From assembly GCA_050951325.1 (NCBI GenBank), contig JBMNIW010000008.1:192001-256000 (forward strand): 64,000 bases of DNA, read 5' to 3'. The first letter of the stretch is position 1, and every line of letters begins with the position of its first letter. The DNA comes from Clostridia bacterium. GTDB lineage: Bacteria; Bacillota; Clostridia; UBA1212; DUPL01. Below are positions 1 through 9,180 of this stretch, in pieces. A program made the translations under genes and the position numbers. The notes under the pieces are model-generated. The model was not told the DNA's origin. It saw only the letters and a program-made list of their open reading frames with translations, and made no database searches.

Positions 1-581
1 ACCTCGTAACTGCTTTTGTCTTCGGTGGGAGATGTTCCTAGGAAAGAATCAGGAGCGTAGTTGGGAAAAAGATTACACATTATAATCTTATCCTCATCAA
101 CCATTTCCTTTAACTTGTCTCTAAGATTTGCAAGTTGTGAAAAGGACCCAAATCCAGGCTCATCCACCAGGTTGTATCCCATAACAGCAGGATGGTCTTT
201 GGTCTTTTCCACCATGCTTATACCAAGCTGTCCAGGTCTTAATATGACAATGACCTTGATGTCGTGCTTGTGGGCTGCGTCCAAAGATCTCAAAAGCTGG
301 TTGACATTGTATACCTCATGCACGGGATGATGGGTATATGTCATGTTAACGCCCACTTCTTTAAGCTCCTTGTACCTCATGTCGGCATCCTCGTCAGTTT
401 CTGTCAGTCTGTACAAAGGCGGAACCCAGACCCCCAATAGAACGGGAGTATCTTCTGTCTCTTCATATATTTTTTTAATCATTTTCTCTTCCTCCTTGGT
501 ATTGTCTTGACACGAAAAAAGATTTAACACGCACAACAAAACAAGCAAAATTGAAATAATCCTCTTAAGTTTCAATGCCAT
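1..581 (-). CDS. Lipoprotein, putative TIM-barrel glycoside hydrolase-like (3' end runs off window)
   Basis: Not in the ORF track; translated manually as MALKLKRIISILLVLLCVLNLFSC (lipobox) ... KDHPAVMGYNLVDEPG. The DEP motif resembles the clan GH-A acid/base region. RBS GGAGG upstream. Confidence 0.7.
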   Translation of the reverse strand, partial: MALKLKRIISILLVLLCVLNLFSCQDNTKEEEKMIKKIYEETEDTPVLLGVWVPPLYRLTETDEDADMRYKELKEVGVNMTYTHHPVHEVYNVNQLLRSLDAAHKHDIKVIVILRPGQLGISMVEKTKDHPAVMGYNLVDEPGFGSFSQLANLRDKLKEMVDEDKIIMCNLFPNYAPDSFLGTSPTEDKSSYE

Positions 582-823
582 TAAAAAATCCTCCATTCAC
601 TTTTTCTTACATGTCCTTTATTCAAGTATATAAGCAAGGGAAGGTGCAGAATAACATTTTTATGTCAAAATGTAATACAAATCTATCATTTAAAATATAA
701 AGAACAAAGTTAGGAAACTGTGTCAATGTAAAGACTTGAATATGTCTTCAAAATATAATATTTATTAAGACATATTGCAAACTTTGTGATAAAATAAATA
801 CACAAACATTGAGGAGGAACACG

Positions 824-1696
824 ATGATTTCTTCTAAATATGACGAAATATCGTTTGCAAATGCCATGTTTCCAATAAAAGTGTACATAAAATCCAAGGT
901 ACCCATGAACTATGTACAGCTGACGCTTACATGGCATGAGCAGCTTGAAATAATCAGATTCAGAAAAGGAGGCGCTATTGTACAGATAGGCAACCATAGA
1001 TATGTGGCCGAAGACAACGACATTTTTGTCTTTAACCCTCGTGAGCCGCATTCATTGAGTTCCCATGCGGGGTTTCCTGAGTTCGACTGCATTATGATAG
1101 ACAAGCAGATTTATTCCTCCACAGAACGAGACATATGCGAGCACAAATATGTAAAACCTATGGAAAACCATCAGATTTGGTTTGACAATCACATCAAGAA
1201 CAGTGCAGAATTGCTTGAGCTTATAGAGCAACTATTAAATGAGATTATCAACAACGAGTTTGCGTATGAACTGGCGGTAAAAGGTGCGATTCACAACATG
1301 CTGGCACACCTTTTTAGGAACCACATAAACACCATAAAGTCTAACAGCGAGCTGAAAAGGAGCATGCTCTCTTACGAAAGACTCAATCCCGTCTTTCAAT
1401 ATATTGAAAACAACTATGCGAGTGAAATAAAGATTGAGAATCTTGCATCTCTCACATATCTTTCAACTTCCCATTTCAGCCGGCTGTTTAAACAGGCTAC
1501 AGGAAAAACTGCGACCCAGTACATAAACGAGTTCAGAATATCGAAAGCCGAAGTTCTTTTGAAAACAACAGATTTGAGTGTTTCAGACGTGGCTGAAAGA
1601 GTTGGTTTCATAAGCAGCAGCTATTTTGCCAAATGGTTAAAAACCTTGAGAAACACCACCCCCACAGAGCTTAGAAAAATGCATGCAAAAACATAA
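824..1696 (+). CDS. AraC family transcriptional regulator (cupin + double HTH)
   Basis: N-terminal WHEQLEI cupin motif; C-terminal LSTSHFSRLFK ... VAERVGFISSSYF HTH. GAGGAGG RBS before ATG 824. Confidence 0.93.
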   Translation: MISSKYDEISFANAMFPIKVYIKSKVPMNYVQLTLTWHEQLEIIRFRKGGAIVQIGNHRYVAEDNDIFVFNPREPHSLSSHAGFPEFDCIMIDKQIYSSTERDICEHKYVKPMENHQIWFDNHIKNSAELLELIEQLLNEIINNEFAYELAVKGAIHNMLAHLFRNHINTIKSNSELKRSMLSYERLNPVFQYIENNYASEIKIENLASLTYLSTSHFSRLFKQATGKTATQYINEFRISKAEVLLKTTDLSVSDVAERVGFISSSYFAKWLKTLRNTTPTELRKMHAKT

Positions 1697-1718
1697 AAAT
1701 AAATGTAAAGGTGAGTAT

Positions 1719-3050
1719 ATGAAAAGAAAAGTTTTAATTCTATTGCTAATATTAATTATTGTTCTTTCGTCATGCGTAGGCGGAGGTTCAGATCCAACAC
1801 CCGAGCCCACGACAGAGCCGACACCGATTCCTGCAATGAATTTTGAGGTTACAAACATCAAAAACATAGACATTGCAAAATCCGGTGTTATACCCGACTA
1901 CATTGACATGAACCAGGCCCAGGCTTGGGACTGTACGGGCATCGATCCAAACGGCATCATCTATTTTGGAATCACTGTTGTCCGCAGAAGGGATGAATTC
2001 AAAGGCAAGGAAGACTTTGCTGTATTGTCGTACAATCCCGACACGGAAGAACTCAAATTCCACGGTACCTTCATGAATGCCGCAAAAGAAGCCGGCACGT
2101 TATACGATGATGAACAATTGCCAAAGGGGCACACCCAGTTCATTTACTATAACGGAAAGATGTACATGGGCTCGCAGAACTTCCACGATGCAGGCAAGTT
2201 CGACACAAAAACCACCATACCGGACAACAAACCCATGGACAAAATGCATGGCGGCCATCTCTTTTCACTGGATGTTGAAACAGAAGAATTAAAGGATGAA
2301 ACCGCTCATCTTCCAAATGGTGTTTTGATTGAACATGAAGGTATACTGCAAGTACGTCTTATACCGGGCACATCCACCCTGGTATGCATGTCCACACCAG
2401 AGTATAAACTGGTTTTCTACAATCTGGAGACAAAAACCATTGAAAAAACCGTAGACACAACCGGCTGGATGCCAAACAATCCGTTAAGCAGAGAGATAGT
2501 GATTGTGGAAGACAGAATATACGTCTACAGAGGCGTTGAGGATGATGTTACTGTCCGTGAAAACCTATATCCCATTTACTACTATGACATTACGAAGGAT
2601 GAGTTTGTGGAGACCGAATATGAGGCTTTCGGAGGTTTTTGGAACGGACAGTGCACAACTCCGGATGGAAAAACGACTTTTGTATCCTCCTGCTGCGGTG
2701 AACTCTATTCCATAGACCACGAGACCTTTGAGATAAAACACCACGGAAACCTGAAAACACCTGATAAGAAGACTGTCATCAACTATCTGTACAGCCTGTG
2801 CATGGCTCCTGACGGAAGAAAAATATTTTATGTGCCTTCCGTATACTTAAAAGATTATGGAGTTATGCAGTATGATATAGAGACGGGTGAAATTACATCC
2901 TTGTCACCAATGCCTCTTGCCGTCTACACTGGCAATGGTGTAATTGACGATCAAGGAAGACTTTACTTCACCAAGTTTGGCAGCGCTTCCATGCGATCAG
3001 GTAAATTTGAACTTTGTGAAATAACGATTCAAGGTTCCCCGATTTCATAA
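1719..3050 (+). CDS. Lipoprotein with Pro/Thr linker and probable beta-propeller domain
   Basis: Lipobox VLSSC, PTPEPTTEPTP linker, and repeated blade-like motifs (DPNGIIYFG, TPDGKTTFV, APDGRKIFYV, DDQGRLYF). Confidence 0.7.
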   Translation: MKRKVLILLLILIIVLSSCVGGGSDPTPEPTTEPTPIPAMNFEVTNIKNIDIAKSGVIPDYIDMNQAQAWDCTGIDPNGIIYFGITVVRRRDEFKGKEDFAVLSYNPDTEELKFHGTFMNAAKEAGTLYDDEQLPKGHTQFIYYNGKMYMGSQNFHDAGKFDTKTTIPDNKPMDKMHGGHLFSLDVETEELKDETAHLPNGVLIEHEGILQVRLIPGTSTLVCMSTPEYKLVFYNLETKTIEKTVDTTGWMPNNPLSREIVIVEDRIYVYRGVEDDVTVRENLYPIYYYDITKDEFVETEYEAFGGFWNGQCTTPDGKTTFVSSCCGELYSIDHETFEIKHHGNLKTPDKKTVINYLYSLCMAPDGRKIFYVPSVYLKDYGVMQYDIETGEITSLSPMPLAVYTGNGVIDDQGRLYFTKFGSASMRSGKFELCEITIQGSPIS

Positions 3051-3115
3051 AACTTATTCCTCCCAATATCCATATTTTTCTTCCATGTGCTATAATGGGT
3101 TTGGGAGGAATATTG

Positions 3116-3436
3116 ATGAGCAAAAAGGAAGAGCTAAAAAAGAAACATGTAAATATGCAGCTAATCAAAACAAGATCGTCGAAAATTACAGATATGCCCG
3201 TTGAAAAATGTAATGTGGAGTATTGGCCCGCATGCTGTTCTGGTTTGTGTACATATGTTGGAGATGCCAGCTTGAAAGAGCTTAAAGAAGCAGACTTGCT
3301 GGATGAGTTTTTAATGAAATGTCAGATTCTTTCATGGGATTTGAAAGACAAACTTGAAAAAGGGCAGATAACAAGCCATCTGTACCAGTGCTCATTATGC
3401 GGAAAATATTATATGAGCATGGATGCCTTTAATTAA
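3116..3436 (+). CDS. Small Cys-rich protein resembling the C-terminal half of the CbrC/UPF0167 family
   Basis: WPACCSGLCTYVG ... HLYQCSLCGKYYMSMD resembles the CbrC pattern WxxHCxDxCxFxG ... YLFxCxHCGK. GGGAGG RBS. Confidence 0.5.
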   Translation: MSKKEELKKKHVNMQLIKTRSSKITDMPVEKCNVEYWPACCSGLCTYVGDASLKELKEADLLDEFLMKCQILSWDLKDKLEKGQITSHLYQCSLCGKYYMSMDAFN

Positions 3437-3858
3437 TACCTTTTTCTTTTGAACAGCTCATAAGCTTCGTAAAGGGCAAGAAATTCTTCGATTGAACCAC
3501 CAGTGTCAGGGTGCATTTCTTTTGCAAGTTCCCTGAATTTTTTCTTTACTGTCTCCATGTCGGAGTTTATCGGTAGTTTTAGAACAGGATGCAGAACATG
3601 CTGTACATGGTAGTTTAGTCTGTCTACAATCTCAAAGAAGTATTCGTCAACAACTTCCTCAAACTCTGCATCACTCATAAAGAGAAGTTCATCAAGGGTG
3701 TATCTTGCCCCTTTTTTATACGGCTTTTTCAGGTCAAAAAACGAATCCCACACATAAGACATCGAAACACACTCGACACCTAAAAGACCGCAAGTCATTC
3801 TGACTTCCTTCTTTTTCAACTCCCTGAGAAATCTTTTCAATCTGTCTGCATCCATCAT
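3433..3858 (-). CDS. C-terminal J-domain (DnaJ-like) protein
   Basis: VKKKFRELAKEMHPDTGGS...F..L.EAYE contains the HPD motif. Confidence 0.85.
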   Translation of the reverse strand: MMDADRLKRFLRELKKKEVRMTCGLLGVECVSMSYVWDSFFDLKKPYKKGARYTLDELLFMSDAEFEEVVDEYFFEIVDRLNYHVQHVLHPVLKLPINSDMETVKKKFRELAKEMHPDTGGSIEEFLALYEAYELFKRKRY

Positions 3859-3861
3859 AAT

Positions 3862-5796
3862 TCACTCATTGTAATATTGCTTGATTTCATCAACCATAAG
3901 ACCGTAACCTATTCCCATCAAAATCTCAGCTACAGTCCAGCCTGATTCAATCGCCCAAGGACCCCAGCCCACGTCATGGGGAACTCCATAAACCTCATGC
4001 ATTTCAAGATCAAATCCTCTTGCCCATGCACCATTCAGGTTAGAGTCTTTGCTGAGTATTTGGGATTTGATAAAAAACGTTGTAATATCCTTCCACATGT
4101 CATAAAACATTTCATCTTTTGTTATCAGATAACTCTGTATGTATGCAAGAGGCAGCCAATTGACAGAATACAGAAGATCTGACACTGGGTCTCCGTTCTT
4201 CGTCAACAGAGAACACTCCGAATCAATTTTACGGCTTCTGGCAGCACGATAACCCGTATCCCACTCAATATATGAGCCAAAGGAATGACGCAGTTTTTTT
4301 AGATCCTCACAAACCCTGTACAGCCACTTTTTATGCTTCTCCTCTCCTGTGACAAAGTACAGCCAGGCAAGCGGAAGAACAAGACGGCACATTTCCTGGG
4401 TCTCACTTTGCTCTCTGTACAAGTCAGGATATTTGGTCATAAGGGTGGTAAGTCCTCTAACTGCAACTTCTTTAAACTCCTCTATTCCGGTCAACTTGTA
4501 TGCCATGAGAAGGGTTGCATGGTAAAAGGCATTGTAATGGGCAGAAGGGAAATTGGCAGGATTGTTCTTTATCCTGTTCATTTCCTCATCGCTTAAATAC
4601 AGAAGATCCGTCCTGCCGGGACGAAGACCGTCTGTTCCCGTTGTCTTGACAAGAAACCAAAGAGCCTCCACCACATCATCCAGATGTTTTGTATCCCTGT
4701 CAGAACCTTTGGTGTAAAAGCTTCTCAGCAATGTCGGCATTATAACCCTTGCCACATCATCCTGATAGCATACACCCCAGGCAACCTCGGTCCACCTTAT
4801 CATGCCTTTGTACATACCTTCCTTTATCTGCATGTTGTTGTAGCAGTAGTCTTCCAGGTTGTTCGCAATTTCAAGGCTCTTGACATCCCCGGTGAGCATG
4901 TGGTGAACAAAAAAAGCTCCTGAGGTTTCCCCTGCACAATCCGCCCTTACGGTATCTGCAACTTTCTGCACACCTTTTGCATCTATGTCGTGGTGAAATC
5001 CTTCCAGGACTCCGTCCTTTCCCCCGGAAAGAAGTATATTGGCATTATGGAACCAGTCCATGCCCATAAGAAAGCTTTCTTTTGCAGCCTCATCAAAGTC
5101 CTTGATTTCCATGTCGCTTCTGTTAGTATATGCTGTTTCAAAAGCATAATCAACATTAAGAGGATTATCACAAAGCCAAGACACAAGCCACAAAACCAGC
5201 GACTGCCACTTCTTCATGGGAGAGAATCTTGCTTTTATAAAATTGCAAAGGCGGAAATTGCAAACAAGGGTGTTGTCATCATATTTCCACAAAGCCCATT
5301 TTGTTATGTCATTCTTTTCATCATCATTCAATGATGCTTTTGAATGTGAGTTTATGTACCTTTTATAAACAAGAATCGGCGAAGATTCCGCACCTTTGAA
5401 ATACGTATGGGAAAAATCATTGCACTGGTCATCCAAAATATCTTCATAAAACAAAGTATCATTTAAATCTTCTCCCAGGTAAACAAGTCTGCTGAACCTG
5501 GTTTTAACAGGTTCAGCAGAATACACATCCCCTATACTAAGACAATACTCTACAAAAAACTTCTTGCCTTTCTCCCTTTCCTTTTCAAGAACTATTCTGG
5601 AAGATGCATTCAGGGAAAAAGGCTTCTCACTGGTACCACCAAGGATGCAGTAGCAGTCAAAATTTTTTAAGTCCTTTTCCCCCAATTCCCTTTTATTTAT
5701 ATATTCTACAGTATATACTCCTGTTTTATATCCAATCTCTTCAATAACATTCGAGAGGTCACTTTTCTCGTCAGTTATTACAGCAAGACTCTTCAT
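3862..5796 (-). CDS. Large cytoplasmic hypothetical protein, probable (alpha/alpha)-barrel glycosidase-like fold
   Basis: Long ORF with AAGGAG RBS. Repeated helix-hairpin patterns (AYKLTGIEEF, LYFVTGEEKH, SYLITKDEMF) and a conserved-looking C-terminal DVGWGPWAIESGW. Confidence 0.55.
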   Translation of the reverse strand: MKSLAVITDEKSDLSNVIEEIGYKTGVYTVEYINKRELGEKDLKNFDCYCILGGTSEKPFSLNASSRIVLEKEREKGKKFFVEYCLSIGDVYSAEPVKTRFSRLVYLGEDLNDTLFYEDILDDQCNDFSHTYFKGAESSPILVYKRYINSHSKASLNDDEKNDITKWALWKYDDNTLVCNFRLCNFIKARFSPMKKWQSLVLWLVSWLCDNPLNVDYAFETAYTNRSDMEIKDFDEAAKESFLMGMDWFHNANILLSGGKDGVLEGFHHDIDAKGVQKVADTVRADCAGETSGAFFVHHMLTGDVKSLEIANNLEDYCYNNMQIKEGMYKGMIRWTEVAWGVCYQDDVARVIMPTLLRSFYTKGSDRDTKHLDDVVEALWFLVKTTGTDGLRPGRTDLLYLSDEEMNRIKNNPANFPSAHYNAFYHATLLMAYKLTGIEEFKEVAVRGLTTLMTKYPDLYREQSETQEMCRLVLPLAWLYFVTGEEKHKKWLYRVCEDLKKLRHSFGSYIEWDTGYRAARSRKIDSECSLLTKNGDPVSDLLYSVNWLPLAYIQSYLITKDEMFYDMWKDITTFFIKSQILSKDSNLNGAWARGFDLEMHEVYGVPHDVGWGPWAIESGWTVAEILMGIGYGLMVDEIKQYYNE

Positions 5797-5895
5797 AAAT
5801 TGTATTCTCCTTTCATGCACACGTTTCTCATTTTGCATAGAAGGATTATACATTCTTGACTACCCATTTACAAGTTAATTTTTATTTAAATTTCT

Positions 5896-7269
5896 TTATG
5901 CAGTGCTGGAAAATCTAACAAAAGCAATACCCAAAGGAGCACCATTTCCTTCAGAGACCGGATCTATCCTGATACCGGTAATTGTTCCTGTATACTTTGG
6001 ATTAACCGACATATCAATTGTATGGGTCCACCATCCACCGCCATTGGTGCATGTAAAGGTTACTGTTTTGCTCTCGTCGTAATAGTTTTCCTGAGCGGTC
6101 TTGAAATATATTTTGCCGTCCGTTCTTGTGTTTTGGTTTGCAATGTTAACCTTTATGTATCTGTTGTTTTCTGCAGGCAATTCAATGGCAGGTGATTCAA
6201 AATATGGGTCAAGCATGTGAGTATAAACAACCCATGATCCACCGGAACTTGGTCCATAGTCATACATCAGATTCTTTGTGGTCCATCCTTCCCTGTTGCC
6301 TTCCACTTCGAACTCCCAGCCGCGAACATATATTGATTGGCCTATGTTCCAGGTGGAAGGAGACGTGCTTCCTGTTCCATAGTACACATATATATACTCC
6401 GTGTTTGCTTCAAAGTAGATGTTTCCATAAGGGTCTCTCAGGAAACCCGGATTGTGATTTTTCACATTGCCTGTGGTGAGGGATGAAATACCACCGGTAT
6501 GACGCCATGTGGACATAAGGGAACTGTTTTCGGTCTCGTAGATATAGATTTCCTGATCATTGCCGTGTTTGGTGCAGATATACCATTTTCCTTCACTGGA
6601 AGAGTATGCAATATCACCAATATGCTCCCAGGATCTGGGATGAGGCACTTTTTGTCTGTTGCCAAAATTAATCCCGTCCGTTGATGTCACCATGTAGTTT
6701 CCGCCCAATGTGGAATCGAAATATATCATGATTATGGTACCGTTGTCATTATATACGGTGCACATGCCTGCGCCATATTGCTTGGTTGGAGGTGTTGCAT
6801 CACCGTGGGGGGATATGATTGGAGGTCCGTATCTCACCCAGTTGACTCCGTCATTTGAGAAGGCCACACCAATATGACTGTCATATCCGATGTTGTCATA
6901 TGTAGCAGTGTAGTACATGGCATATGAATAGTTTACACCATTAAAGGTAAAAGAACCTTTGATAACACTTGGGTCGCATACATGTCTTGAATCCCATCCT
7001 GACGAGGACCTTGTAAATACCAGCCTAGGACTCTCCCATCCGGTAGGAGTAAGTCTTGAGTAGTAAATACCGTCTCCACTACCGGTTCCTCCTCCCCACC
7101 ACATTTTGATAAGAGGACCATCTCCAATCATGACAGAGGGCGCATAGTCGTAATCGCTTCGGTAAAGGGTTACACCCATATACCTTGTGGCTCCTGCATT
7201 TGCCATTATGCCCAACACAGGGAGCATAAGCAGCAGACACAATACTTTTGCAAAAGCTTTTCTTCTCAT
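5896..7269 (-). CDS. Secreted five-bladed beta-propeller glycoside hydrolase-like protein with C-terminal CBM-like domain
   Basis: Signal peptide; YAPSV, HVCDPSVI, YAMYYT and IGVAFSNDGVNW motifs (GH32/43/130-like); C-terminal beta-sandwich ending ITGIRIDP. Confidence 0.7.
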   Translation of the reverse strand: MRRKAFAKVLCLLLMLPVLGIMANAGATRYMGVTLYRSDYDYAPSVMIGDGPLIKMWWGGGTGSGDGIYYSRLTPTGWESPRLVFTRSSSGWDSRHVCDPSVIKGSFTFNGVNYSYAMYYTATYDNIGYDSHIGVAFSNDGVNWVRYGPPIISPHGDATPPTKQYGAGMCTVYNDNGTIIMIYFDSTLGGNYMVTSTDGINFGNRQKVPHPRSWEHIGDIAYSSSEGKWYICTKHGNDQEIYIYETENSSLMSTWRHTGGISSLTTGNVKNHNPGFLRDPYGNIYFEANTEYIYVYYGTGSTSPSTWNIGQSIYVRGWEFEVEGNREGWTTKNLMYDYGPSSGGSWVVYTHMLDPYFESPAIELPAENNRYIKVNIANQNTRTDGKIYFKTAQENYYDESKTVTFTCTNGGGWWTHTIDMSVNPKYTGTITGIRIDPVSEGNGAPLGIAFVRFSSTA

Positions 7270-7320
7270 TCTCTCTACTCCCTTCATACAGTATTCATAC
7301 TATTCTATGCTTTTTGGCAT

Positions 7321-7345
7321 AAAAAAATCTCCCATAGGGAGACTT
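7321..7345 (-). terminator. Intrinsic terminator after ridA
   Basis: Minus strand GTCTCCC-TAT-GGGAGAT followed by a T-run. Confidence 0.65.
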
Positions 7346-7688
7346 ATTTTTCTGGAATATATGCTATTGCCTCAATTTCCACCATAACATCCTTTGGAAG
7401 ACGTGCAACCTCAACACAGGCTCGTGCAGGTTTATTTTTGAAATACTCTGCATACACGTTGTTGAAAATGCCAAAGTCATCCATAGACTTAAGGTAGCAC
7501 GTCGTTTTTAAAACATATTCAAGACCACTTCCGGCCATTTTCAACACATTGGACAAGTTCTCAATTGCCTGTCTGGTCTGCTCCTTTATGTCAAGTATAT
7601 TGTCTGCGGGTATCTGACCCGAAGTATATACCATGCCATTAAATACTTTGAAATGGGAATATGGCCCTAGGGGCTCTGGTAGCTTCAT
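7344..7688 (-). CDS. ridA: RidA/YjgF family reactive enamine deaminase
   Basis: GPYS, YTSGQIP and PARACVEVARLPKDVMVEIEAIA motifs. Overlaps the metY stop. Confidence 0.93.
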   Translation of the reverse strand: MKLPEPLGPYSHFKVFNGMVYTSGQIPADNILDIKEQTRQAIENLSNVLKMAGSGLEYVLKTTCYLKSMDDFGIFNNVYAEYFKNKPARACVEVARLPKDVMVEIEAIAYIPEK

Positions 7689-8971
7689 ACAACCTCCTTG
7701 AATGCCTGCTCCAGATCTTCCAGTATATCATCTATATGTTCAATACCTATTGAAAGACGAACAGTATTTGGTTTGATTCCTATACCTAAAAGCTCCTCTT
7801 CACTTAGCTGCGAATGGGTTGTGGATGCAGGATGTATAACCAATGATTTTGCATCCGCCACATTTGCAAGCAACGAGAACAGCTTGAGAGATTCAACAAA
7901 CTTTCTAGCTTCCTTGTCCGTCCCCTTTATTTCAAAAGTAAATATGGAACCTCCACCGTTTGGCAGATACTTTTTGTATAGTTCAAGCTGCTTTCCAGTG
8001 TCTTGGGAAGGATGATTTACTTTTTCCACCATTGGATGAGTGCTTAGGTACTCAACTACCCTAAGAGCATTCTCCATATGTCTTTCCACTCTCAAAGAAA
8101 GAGTTTCAAGACCTTGTAAAAGAAGGAACGAGTTGAATGGACTTATGCATGCACCGGTATCCCTCATTAATGTGGTCCTAAGTTTGATAATATATGCGAG
8201 ATTTCCAACCACATCAGTAAATACAACTCCGTGGTATGAAGGATTTGGTTTTGTCAGCCCGGGGAACTTGTCATTCTGAGTCCAGTCAAAATTACCGCTG
8301 TCCACCACTACTCCGCCGATAACAGTGCCATGTCCTCCTATGAATTTTGTCGCAGAGTGAACTACAATATCAGCACCGTATTCAATTGGGCGGATTAAAT
8401 ATGGGGTTGCAAAGGTATTGTCTACAATTAGCGGAATACCATTTCTGTGAGCTATCTTTGCAGCATTTTCAATATCTGCAATATCGCTGTTTGGATTGCC
8501 CAAACTCTCTAGGAATATTGCCTTTGTATTCTCCTTGATTGCATTTTCAACCTCTTCCTCATTGTTGATATCAACGAACGTGGTGGCAATCCCACTCTCA
8601 GTCAGGGTGTTTGCAAACAGATTGTATGTTCCTCCATAAATGGACTTGGATGACACTATGTGGTCTCCTGTTCTCGCAATATTTTGAATGGAATACGCAA
8701 TTGCCGAAGAACCGGAGGATGTGGCAAGAGCAGCAACTCCCTTTTCCAAAGCAGCTATTCTCTTTTCAAATACATCTGTAGTCGGATTCATCAACCTGGT
8801 ATATATGTTTCCTGGTTCGGCCAAAGCAAACCTGCCTGCTGCCTGATCGCAGTCCTTGAATACATACGAAGTAGTTGCGTAAATGGGAACAGCTCTTGCA
8901 TCGGTTGCGCTATCAGGCTGTTTCTGACCTGCGTGGATTTGTAATGTTTCGAATCTGTAATTCTTCTCCAT
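7685..8971 (-). CDS. metY: O-acetylhomoserine/O-acetylserine sulfhydrylase
   Basis: FETLQIHAG, IYTRLMNPT, PLP-lysine motif HSATKFIGGHG, LANVADAKSLVIHPASTTH. Confidence 0.95.
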   Translation of the reverse strand: MEKNYRFETLQIHAGQKQPDSATDARAVPIYATTSYVFKDCDQAAGRFALAEPGNIYTRLMNPTTDVFEKRIAALEKGVAALATSSGSSAIAYSIQNIARTGDHIVSSKSIYGGTYNLFANTLTESGIATTFVDINNEEEVENAIKENTKAIFLESLGNPNSDIADIENAAKIAHRNGIPLIVDNTFATPYLIRPIEYGADIVVHSATKFIGGHGTVIGGVVVDSGNFDWTQNDKFPGLTKPNPSYHGVVFTDVVGNLAYIIKLRTTLMRDTGACISPFNSFLLLQGLETLSLRVERHMENALRVVEYLSTHPMVEKVNHPSQDTGKQLELYKKYLPNGGGSIFTFEIKGTDKEARKFVESLKLFSLLANVADAKSLVIHPASTTHSQLSEEELLGIGIKPNTVRLSIGIEHIDDILEDLEQAFKEVV

Positions 8972-8988
8972 AATCATCACTCCCTGTT

Positions 8989-9015
8989 TAATTCCTATTA
9001 AAGTAATAGGAATTA
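8989..9015. promoter_or_regulatory. Perfect inverted repeat, probable Rrf2 (CymR-like) operator of metY-ridA
   Basis: TAATTCCTATT-AAAGT-AATAGGAATTA (11-bp arms, 5-bp spacer) lies between the -10 element and the RBS of metY. Confidence 0.7.
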
Positions 9016-9043
9016 TATTAACTCATAAATTTCCATATGTCAA
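9015..9043 (-). promoter_or_regulatory. sigmaA promoter of metY
   Basis: TTGACA-N17-TAATAT on the minus strand. Confidence 0.7.
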
Positions 9044-9180
9044 TATGTTTTTTATTTCAAATTAAAATAAACAAACATAGCAAACAAAGTATACGAAAGA
9101 GTTAAATAAAGCATTTGTACAATATATATTCCTCCATTATGATTGTGCAAAAGAAATATAAAAACGAAGGAGTTGAAACA

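Noticed and set aside
1793-1832. Short DNA repeats encoding PTPEPTTEPTP
   Set aside because: An ordinary Pro/Thr linker of a lipoprotein, not an independent repeat element.
8972-9180. SAM riboswitch or T-box upstream of metY
   Set aside because: The promoter lies only about 45 nt from the start codon, leaving no room, and no S-box or T-box consensus is present.
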